A stretch of 64,000 nt of DNA from Torpedo marmorata (lineage: Eukaryota): assembly GCA_977017645.1 (NCBI GenBank), contig OZ360234.1, forward strand, positions 16,368,001-16,432,000. Reading direction: 5' to 3'. Under the pieces are notes generated by a model. That model was given only the letters and a program-made list of their open reading frames with translations, was not told the DNA's origin and made no database searches. The stretch's first letter is position 1; every line of letters starts with the position of its first letter. Both the position numbers and the translations under genes were made by a program. Of this stretch, positions 55,207 to 64,000 are shown one piece after another.

Positions 55207-56279
55207 GTAAACACGAAAATCTGTAGACACCGTGGATGAAGTAAAAAACACAAATGCTGGAGAACTCAGCAGGTCAAACAGTGTCTTTTATGTAGCAAAG
55301 GTAGAAATATATAACCGACGTTTCGGGCTTGAGCCCTTCATCAAAGTATGAGAAAATGCCGGCAGGCGTCCGAACAAAGGAGTGAGGGGGGAAGGGGGGT
55401 GGGAAAGGCAGGAGATGATAGGTGGAGAAAGGAGGGAGGGGACAGCAGCAAAGAGGGGGAGGAGGGATGGCTGGGTGGGTGGAAAAAAAACAGGAAGGAC
55501 AGGTGAGGGGGAGGGGAAGGGAACAACAAGCAGGTTTAGTGGAAAGCAGAAAAGTCAATGTTAATGCCATCTGGCTGGAGAGTGCCGAGACGGAATATGA
55601 GATGTTGTTCCTCCAATTTGCGAGTAGTCTGGGTGGGATAGTACATGAGGCCATGGACACATGTGAGTGTGGGAGTGTGACCCAGAATTGAAATGGTTCA
55701 CTTGTACATCCAGAGGACTTATTTACTGCTCCCTTTGTGGCTTTCTATACATTGGAGAGACCGGTCGTAGATTGCTGAGCACCTCCTCTCCGTCCGCAAC
55801 AACAGCGACCTCCCAGTAGCCAACCATTTCAATTCTGGGTCACACTCCCACACTCACATGTCTGTCCATGGCCTCATGTACTATCCCACCCAGACTACTC
55901 GCAAATTGGAGGAACAACATCTCATATTCCGTCTCGGCACTCTCCAGCCAGATGGCATTAACATTGACTTTTCTGCTTTCCACTAAACCTGCTTGTTGTT
56001 CCCTTCCCCTCCCCCCTCACCTGTCCTTCCTGTTTTTTTTTTCCACCCACCCAGCCATCCCTCCTCCCCCTCTCTGCTGCTGTCCCCTCCCTCCTTTCTC
56101 CACCTATCATCTCCTGCCTTTCCCACCCCCCTTCCCCCTCACTCCTTTGTTTGGACGCCTGCCGGCATTTTCTCATACTTTGATGAAGGGCTCAAGCCCG
56201 AAACGTCGGTTATGTATTTCTACCTTTGCTACATAAAAGACACTGTTTGACCTGCTGAGTTCTCCAGCATTTGTGTTTT
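55207..56279. mobile_element. Young Penelope-like insertion with about 455-bp inverted arms
   Basis: Arms 55244-55698 and 55822-56280 are nearly identical reverse complements and encode a GIY-YIG tail (RKLEEQHLIFRLGTLQPDGINIDFS); spacer holds YIGET. Perfect 14-bp TSD TAGGTCATTAATGA at 55193-55206 and 56280-56293. Confidence 0.88.
56174..56214 (+). ncRNA. Minimal type-I hammerhead ribozyme-like motif (mirror copy at 55311-55350, minus strand)
   Basis: CATACT-TTGATGA-A-GGGC(TCAA)GCCC-GAAAC-GTC-GGTTATG: core, helix II, loopless helix III and imperfect helix I, as described for Penelope elements. The core has U in place of C3. Confidence 0.65.
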
Positions 56280-56641
56280 TAGGTCATTAATGAATTGACT
56301 AATGGTTAGGCCCAAGACACTATCCAAAATAACGATGCCCCAGGACTGATCTCTTCCAACCACAATTCCATGATGCTCATTGATTTCAGTTTAACCAAGG
56401 TGCTTTGATGCGACACTCCGCCAACTGCTCCCTTAATGATAGGGACAGTCATTTTCCCTTGATCTGTGGAATTCAAGCTCTTTGGCCTACATTTGGACTA
56501 AATCTGAGGAGTTCTGGAGCTGAGTAGCAAAATCTAAACTAGACATTGGCGTGCAGGTAACAGTAAATGCTGCTTGATACTGAATTACTGACTGCTTCTA
56601 TCATGTTGCTGATGGAGATAAGACTGCCTGCATAATAATTA

Positions 56642-56838
56642 GTCCTGGACATACAGAGCTCAGTGGTTAGAGCTCAGGGTTTGTCCTGGACATCCATAGC
56701 TCAGTGGTTAGAGCACTGGTCTTGTAAACCAGGGGTTGCAAGTTCATTCCTCGCTGGGGCCTCATTTCTGTGAGGAGCACTGGACAAAGTAGCGGTTAAA
56801 GAATTTCATGTATGTTACATTCTAAATGTAGTATTACA
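56642..56838 (+). mobile_element. tRNA-Thr-headed SINE with partially duplicated head
   Basis: 32-bp imperfect direct repeat at 56642-56673 and 56683-56714; body TTTCTGTGAGGAGCACTGGACAAAGTAGC...TTAAAGAATTTCATGTATGTTACATTCTAAATGTAGTATTAC shared with the 5S-headed SINE. Confidence 0.75.
56690..56762 (+). pseudogene. tRNA-Thr(UGU)-like sequence forming a SINE head
   Basis: TCCATAGCTCAGTGGTTAGAGCACTGGTCTTGTAAACCAGGGGTTGCAAGTTCATTCCTCGCTGGGGCCT: intact D and anticodon arms (TGT), but broken acceptor stem and T-stem mismatch. Confidence 0.8.
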
Positions 56839-57106
56839 GTTTCCATGTGATGGCTCTTCTAATTGTGCTAAACCAATGACTTCCAATACTATTTGTTGAA
56901 CTGGGCTCGATAATAATGATGAGAGTGAGGGATATGCCAGGCCACAATATTAGATTGTAGCTGTGTTTAATTTGACTGTTACTGATGGATCAAAGCACCT
57001 TGTGGATGCCCAGTTTTGAGCAGCTAGATTTGAATGGATATTTTTTAAGTGGAACACAATACAATGGTAGGTATTCCAAGTGTGAAGATCAGACTAATGA
57101 GAAGTA

Positions 57107-57759
57107 CCGTATATTTCATTTTAATGGTTTTATGGTATATCCGGCGTATAAGTCGACCCCAAAAATCTCGATGCCTGAGATGTTGCGCATTGACCGGCGT
57201 ATAAGTCGACCCCCAATTTTCAGGCTGTCTGGGCCTCCCAGCAACAACCCAAAATTTGTTACAACATCCCAATCGCCATGTAACAAAGCTGTAAATTAAG
57301 CAAGTACCGGTAAGTAAAAAAAACAGTAAAAAAACCTGTGCTTCTGGCCGGGAAGATGCAGGTGCGGCGACGTCTTTCTCCCGAGCAGGAGCGGGGAGCT
57401 CGTTCTCCCAGGCAGGAGCGGGGAGCTCGTTCTCCCGGGCAGAAGCGGCGACCTCGTTCTCCCGGGTAGGAGCGGGGAGCTCAGGCTCTACAATTGTAGA
57501 ATGTATGGGTGGTTTATGGCGGCGCCCGGCGGTGGGGAGGTGTCGGGGAGCGGCGGCGCCGGCGGTGGGGAGGCACTTCCAGGGTCGACCTATACGCCGA
57601 ATCGTGTTTTCAGGGGTCGACTTATACGCCGAATCGGCGTGAACTCGATTTTGAGCTGATTTTAAGGTCTCAAAAGTATATCCGGCGTATAAGTCGACCC
57701 CCGTTTTTTGAGACATTTTTGAGGGTTTCAAGGGTCGACTTATACGCCGAAATATACGG
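57107..57759. mobile_element. CCGTA-ended (Tc2-like) MITE
   Basis: TA|CCGTATATTTC ... GAAATATACGG|TA; six copies of CGGCGTATA(A/G)GTCGACC in both orientations; GC-rich ~27-bp tandem units at 57375-57482. Confidence 0.8.
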
Positions 57760-59564
57760 TAATTACTTCTAATAAAGCCATCATGGAGAGATTCACATGC
57801 AAAGGAAGGACAGGAGGTCACGAGGTTTCTCCCTGTTATTGGTTCACACATTACCTGTCACAGACCTAATCTGATAGTCATGATCATCAGGATTAAACCC
57901 ATTCAAATCTGTCATGGTGCTATAAACCACTTGTTCTTCTGTCCAGACTTGTTCAAATTGGAGTACATGAATATTCATCACTTGAAAGATGACAATACAT
58001 GGGAATGAGGAGACTGTTCTCACATTTGCCATGAGACTTTATGGGATCTAAAAATCAGTGCCAGGACTCCAAAGGCAATTCCACCAGTACACCACCTTAT
58101 TGCTACTCCATCCTGCCCTGGGTCAAGAAAGAGGTATATAGAAGTATTGTCATGGCATGTTGTCTGTAATATGCGATTCTGTGAGTACAACCATGTCAGG
58201 ATGTTGTGGGAGGATTTTACAAAGACCATGCTGCGAACTACTTGGCCTGCCTAAATTTACTGCCCAAGTCAGTAACAGATGATCCATGCAGTTTTATTCC
58301 TACTATTTGAATGTAGCAATAATGTTAGTACTTAGTGACTTGCTTGCATTTACTACTCTTTTGAATTAAAGACACCCATAAGCCAAAGAACAATTCTTTT
58401 CCTGACGGAAATTACTGAACCATGTGGTTCCTGACAGAAATTACTGAACCATGTGGCTTCAACAAATCTAAATGACCCACATCATGACTCAAAGCTTAAT
58501 TATGCAATATACTTGAACACTAACCATTTTGAGTCATCATACGTCAAGGATGAAATTGGGCCTGCTTGGATTGCCTTTTTATTTAATTCAGCATCAAACA
58601 GAAAAACACCTCTCTATCACTTCAATTGAAATGGGAAACAGCTAAACCACCCTGAGAGTCAAAACAATGCAGATAATTTCTGTTTTGCTCAGGGGCACCA
58701 ACGCTTGTAGTACAATATTTAAGACCTAAGCAGCGATAGAGCAATACAAAGTAGTTGACAGCTTGTGGAGAACAGTTGATTTTCTTTGTTTATCAAGGAA
58801 TCTTGTCAAAGCAAACTGTTTTGCTTAACAATGGGCAAACCCAGTACAATACCATTTCCATTATATGAGTTACCAACTCAAAATTACTCCTTAAATTACC
58901 AAGATATGACTGAAAGAATATTGGACATTGACATTCAGCATGCAATCTCAAGTTATTTGGAAAACATGGACACTTTAATCTGTTTTTTGGTGGAAAAGAC
59001 AAAGCAGTCTCACTTTCTGATATGCCATTCCCTTCGTTATAGCTCGACCAAAAACGTTGTGCAACACAGATGAAAAACAATGAATTTCAGAGATCCAGTC
59101 CCGATGGTAGTATTCTAAACCTCGATGAAAGGTAAAGACTGCAAAATGGTATTAAATGTTTGTTGAGTAAAGAATATAAGGTACATTTACCTGCAAGGTC
59201 CTTTCCAAGGATGTTAACCCAGGTGGTAAAACATATGCCATTACACTGACACATTTTTGATTAGGTGGTTATTTTTGTAATTATGTCAACTGTCCACAAA
59301 TCACGCACAGGAATGTAATTGGAGATGTAAAACAAAACTTCCTGCTTTCCACCATCCTGAATATCAATCGCTGAGTAAATCAACATATTACACAATTTGC
59401 TGAATAAAATAACTTGTACAGAAAAAAAAATAATGACATTTTATTTCTGAATTTTTTTTTAAGTAACTAAGCATCATCACATTTTGCCTCTGGTACATTA
59501 ACAACATTCCTAATCTATCAATTCACTTTAGCTCACAGGCACACAAGTATCTCAGAATCCTTAC

Positions 59565-59673
59565 ATTTTCAAAGTTTCCTCGGAATCCCTCCTGTTGTCT
59601 TCGCATCATTTCTTCTTTCTCCCGCTGACGCAGCAGTATTTCTTCTTCACGTCTTCTGCGTTCTTCTTCTTGC
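59565..59673 (-). CDS. NONO: DBHS-family protein (NONO/p54nrb-like), internal coding exon, end of coiled-coil; upstream exons not found in the window
   Basis: TTTTTCGTGATTGTAG acceptor and AAT|GTAAGG donor; 109 nt, phase 2 to 0. Translates (R)[36 protein letters not shown], compared with recalled human NONO [32 protein letters not shown]. PSPC1 has RHEEEH here and SFPQ ends KKPRF, so NONO is the best fit. Confidence 0.88.
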
Positions 59674-60314
59674 CTACAATCACGAAAAATCACATTATAC
59701 TTTCCATATTAAATATTCAACAATTTGTATAAAAAACAATTTTTTTCAAAGTGCAAATTTTTAAAGAATTAACCACATTCAAATTCTTTTTCAATGTTTT
59801 TGTATAATCCTTGCCCAATTTCCAATCAAGCATGATATCCTCTGGGTTTTAAAAAATGCTTGTCCTTTGGACAATAAAATTAGGTCTATGCCCATTTCAA
59901 AATCAGCATAAACAAGTATTTAGCTATTTGCTCCAACTTTTTTTCAGCGCATTCAAAAATCACCCTGCCTGCTCTTAAAAATGTATGGGTTTAAATGGTC
60001 AAAATATTTTGACATTTAAAAACTGCATGTTAATAAATATGTTAAACCAATAATTAATTAATTTGATTAAGCCAGAGGTTGGGAAGATGCAAACCATAAA
60101 ACTGAAAAAATTACTGTAGATTCTCCGAGCTGCTTCTGCTGTGGAGGTAGTACCCTTCATGAAGGAATAAAAGTAGATGCTACAATCTGCAAAGGTTGAA
60201 GTCACAATACTTGCCACAATCATGCCATGCCAATTAAGTTTCTGTGTGTCACAAAGGATCAGTTGACTGTTGGATATAACAGAAGTTCCACATGTACACA
60301 AAGGGACAACCGGT

Positions 60315-60610
60315 AGAGCTGGCGCCACACAGCTCCAGCAAACCAGGTTCAATCCTGATCGCTGCTGTCATCCACGTGAAGTTTGCATGTTCTCCATGTG
60401 ACCCTTTGGGTTTCCCCTGGGTGCTCTGGTCTCCTCCCATATCCTAAGTGGGAGGTTGCTACTAAATTGTAGAATTCCTCCAGCACAGAGGTGAATGGAA
60501 GAATCTGGGAGCAGAATAAAAAAAATACTGAATTGGAGTAAATGAATGCTCAGTAGTTGGTGCTGATTCATTAAACTGAAAGACCAATGTTCATACTCTT
60601 TACCTCTATA
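60315..60610 (+). mobile_element. Old V-SINE-like element
   Basis: CACAGCTCCAG..GGTTCAATCC head and AGTTTGCATGTTCTCCATGTGAC..GGGTTTCC core. Confidence 0.65.
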
Positions 60611-61634
60611 ATATTTCAATAGTTGAAAAAACAAAGCATGATTCCATGAGGGCCTTCATATAAATGTTGCACTATTAGATCAGATTTCCTTTAAAGTGAT
60701 ATTTTGAAATTATAACATATCATAACAAATTAGTATTTTGACAGTTGTGAATTCAAAGTTGTAATCTTGTATTGTAATCAGCAGCATAATTGATCATTAT
60801 GACACTCTCCTCCATTGATCTCCATATCCTACGTCTCCAGGAAGACAGACCAAACAAATTAAGATGCTTTAAGATTACGTGTACTTTTTCAAGCTCAAAC
60901 AGAACAGACTTCCCAAACTCACACTTCTGCTGCTCCACATCCCTTCATGCCAACCAAAAAAAACTACCTCATCCCATAGCAAGCCATTCGACTAATCTCA
61001 GAACAATGGATATCTTTTAACCCACATCAGCAGTTGATTCTTAATGCAATCTTCATTCATTCTATACAATATTATTCATCAAATCAAAAACAAGATTCCA
61101 TCCATTCAATTTGTGTAAGTTGACCGTTACAGTCAGAAAGCAAGTCTTGTGAAATATCTTGGGCATTAACTGTATTTTCACTCAAAAAGCGCACATGCAT
61201 ATAATGCACACGCATATAATGCACAGAAAATCATAAATTGTTTAAAAATATTTTCGTATACCGCGCACACGCATATACCGCGCGGGTGCAGTATTCTAAA
61301 TTCCGACTGACAAAAGCAATTTGCATTTAATTGGGACATGAGACAAAACACATTCCATTGTCCCACTATCTGCCATAGTTAATCTCCCGCTATTTACACC
61401 CATTCAACTCCCCCCAGAAGTGTTAATCGCCCATCCTGCAACACATTAACAAGTTTGAGAGGATTCAATTAAATAGATCGAAGACAGGCTTCAGAATTAA
61501 GCAGGATTAATTTGTCATGATTTAAAAAGACTTTCTTTAAAAGAACCATATCTTGTTAAAAAAGTTTGCAATTGAGAAATTTATGGTTTGATTTGATGTA
61601 ATGAGGATGATTAAACTGATGCCATAGGGCAGAA

Positions 61635-61720
61635 TCATTGCCGCTATTACATTCCCACGCTAGCTATAAATTGAGCGCGTTCTTTCATTGCCGCTATTAC
61701 ATTCCCACGCTAGCTATAAA
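61635..61720 (+). repeat. 36-bp perfect direct repeat, two copies, period 50
   Basis: TCATTGCCGCTATTACATTCCCACGCTAGCTATAAA at 61635-61670 and 61685-61720. Confidence 0.9.
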
Positions 61721-61723
61721 AAA

Positions 61724-62205
61724 AATTTAATATTTTATTTAAAAATTTTAATCACTCGATAATACAATTATAAAATGCAAAATTATCAAAATACATGTGA
61801 TATATTTTTACCCCCCCTCCCTCCCTAACCCTCCCACCCCTACTATTCTAAAATAGAAAGAAAAAAAAAGATAAAGTAAAGAGAATGTCAATCTAAAAAA
61901 GAACAACTATAAACTTATTTTATTGTGGAACAAAGGTTCGCCAGTCAGATCTGATATCCAGAGATCTTCAAATCCTTAAACCGACAATTTTTATATATGG
62001 GCTCCATATTTTCAAAAATAAATGATTTATTACGTAAATTATAAGTACCGTAATTTTTTCAAGTGGTATAGCTGAACGAAGTTCTGCATGCCATCTCTCT
62101 AACTCTAAATCTACATCAGACTTCCATGTAATAGCAATGCATTTCTTTGAAACAGCTAAAGCAATTCGCAAAAATTCTATTTGATACATATTTAATCTCA
62201 TCTTA
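61724..62205 (-). mobile_element. Short L1 3' fragment, same family as 8230 and 13951
   Basis: YQIEFLRIALAVSKKCIAITWKSD...LEKIT, G-rich UTR and AATAAA. Confidence 0.9.
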
Positions 62206-62265
62206 ATGCTATTTTTTTTAAATACCAGATAAAAAAAGCAAATTGGGTAAATATGGAGAATATAG

Positions 62266-62335
62266 CATCAACAGGAGCGGGCTGAGCACACAGCCCTGAG
62301 GTGCACCAGTGCTCAACGTGATGGTGACCTCATGA
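62266..62335 (-). mobile_element. Rex1/L2-like RT micro-fragment
   Basis: TITLSTGAPQGCVLSPLLLMLY. Confidence 0.7.
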
Positions 62336-62514
62336 GGAGACATGCAGCAGAAGTGCCCAGCAGCAGAAATAACATTAAATATTGGACTTAAAGTTCTAAA
62401 GCACTTTGTTGGCATGACAGAATTTTGGAAATAACTTCAGTAGTGGAGGTTATATACAGTAAATTTTAACAATCAACAATAAATAATTGTTATTACACAA
62501 GTGTTAGGCGACAA

Positions 62515-64000
62515 TGGAAACGGCAAAAATGTATTTTTCAGGTCTGAACAAGTTTAATGCAGTAGAAACTAGAAAGGTTGGGGGGAGGGAGCAAAATAGT
62601 ACCGAGCAGTAAGGAGAAGGTAAGAACAGAGAAAGTTTGTAGTCAGTGTTTGAATATGGATGAGCAGGTGGTAGAGAAGGTTACTAAAGATAAGGGCAAA
62701 CAGAGATTAAGAAGTGGGAAATCTCTGAAATTCATATATTTTAATGCCAGGAGTATTGTAAAAAAGGTGGATGAGCTGAAGGTGTGGATTGATACTTGGA
62801 AGTATGAGGTGGTAGCCATCAGTGAGACATGGTTGCAGGAGGGATGTGATTGGCAGCTGAATATCCCTGGGTTTTGTTGCTTTAGGTGTGATAGTCGGAG
62901 GAGCAAGAGGAGGTGGTGTTGCATTGCTTGTCAGGGAGAATATTACAGCGGTGCTTAGGCAGGATAGATTAGAGGGCTCGTCCACGGAGGCTATTTGGGT
63001 AGAACTGAGAAGTGGGAAAGGAGAAGTTACACTTGTAGGGGTGTATTATAGACCACTCGGAGGGGACCGAGACCTAGAGGAGCAAATCTGTAGGGAGATA
63101 GTGGATATTTGTGATAAGCACAGGGTTGTGATTGTGGGAGATTTTAATTTTCCACATATAGATTGGGAAACACATTCTGTGAAAGGGCTGGATGGGTTGG
63201 AGTTTGTGAAATGTGTGCAGGATAGTTTTTTACAACAATATGTAGAAGGAGCAGTGTTAGATCTACTGTTGGCAAATGAGATAGGTCAAGTGACGGAGGT
63301 TTGTGTTGGCGAGCACTTCGGGTCCAGTGATCATAATGCCATCAGCTTCAATGTCATTATGGAAAGAGATAAGTCAGGGCCAAGGGTTGAGGTTTTTGAT
63401 TGGGGAAAAGCTAGATTTGAGGAGATGCGAAGGGACTTACAGGGTGTGCATTGGGACCATTTGTTTTATGGGCAGGATGTAGTAGAGATGGAAGTCTTTT
63501 AAAGATCAGATTTTGAGAGTGCAAAGGCTTTATGTTCCTGTTAGGTTAAAAGGAGGGGCAAAAGGTTTGAGAGAGCCGTGGTTTTCGAGGAATATTGGAA
63601 ACTTGGTTCGAAAAAAAAGGGAGGCGTACATTAAGTATAAGAAGCATGGAAAGGAGATGTTTTGAAAAATACATTGAATGTAAAAAGAATCTTAAGAGAG
63701 GAATTAGGAAAGCTAAAAGAAGGTATGAAGAGACTATAGCAAGCAGGGTGAAAATTAATCCAAAAGGTTTTTACAAATACGTTAATGGTAAAAGGAAAGC
63801 GAGGGACAAAATTGGTCCCTTAGAGAATCAGAGCGGAAAACTGTGTGGAGCCTAGAGAAATGGGGGAGATATTGAACAGTTTCTTTTCTTCGGTATTCAC
63901 CAAGGAGAAGGATATTGAGATATGCCAGATAAAAAAAGCAAATTGGGTAAATATGGAGAATATAGGGATTACGAAAGATGTAGTGTTAGGGCTTTTGAGG
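62515..64000 (+). mobile_element. CR1 LINE with APE endonuclease region of ORF2, frameshifted, runs off the window
   Basis: YFNARSI, VVAISETWL, GVYYRP, IVGDFNFPHIDW, VLDLLL, SSDHNAISF, NPKGFYKYV. Confidence 0.93.

Larger units (their letters stand above)
56294..58260 (-). mobile_element. Very old CR1/L2-group LINE, fragmented (its 3' part appears at about 48300-48990)
   Basis: Decayed RT-like reading GAVGGVSHQSTLVKLKSM near 56380-56440 resembles AFDRVWHQG.L.KL; interrupted by younger elements; boundaries approximate. Confidence 0.5.

Noticed and set aside
56690-56762. Functional tRNA-Thr gene
   Set aside because: Acceptor stem and T stem are disrupted and the sequence runs directly into a SINE body.
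57045-57851. 268-aa ORF
   Set aside because: It spans a GC-rich MITE; the peptide repeats mirror DNA repeats and show no protein motif.
58399-58456. Short tandem duplications (also near 7995, 23593, 28172, 46917)
   Set aside because: Ordinary slippage duplications with no further structure.
59192-59356. Possible poison cassette exon
   Set aside because: The donor CAG|GTAAAT is plausible but the acceptor lacks a convincing pyrimidine tract.

Overview
Eukaryotic, AT-rich, CpG-poor vertebrate genomic DNA. The repeat content (V-SINE-like, CR1, Penelope-like, fish-type L1) suggests a cartilaginous fish; this is inference. The only host gene I can support is on the minus strand: the last four coding exons (59565-59673, 47114-47168, 39953-40080, 32266-32403) of a DBHS-family RNA-binding protein ending in NKRRRY, most similar to NONO/p54nrb. 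These exons are followed by a 3' UTR with a poly(A) signal near 31416 and a possible chain of further non-coding exons. The rest is intron or intergenic DNA full of decayed transposons (pogo/Tigger, hAT, Tc1, CCGTA-ended Tc2-like MITEs, Harbinger, L1, CR1, Penelope-like elements with hammerhead motifs, tRNA- and 5S-headed SINEs), often nested. Main points of interest: a candidate 5-nt frameshifting micro-exon and distant branch point at the NONO terminal exon; three different transposon-excision footprints at the same TA of three L1 copies; a 636-bp local duplication flanked by an 11-bp target duplication; and two SINEs sharing one body but carrying different Pol III heads. No prokaryotic system or CRISPR array is present, and most ORFs in the track are spurious or TE fragments. 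Alignments were made by eye and family assignments from recalled motifs; none was checked against a database.
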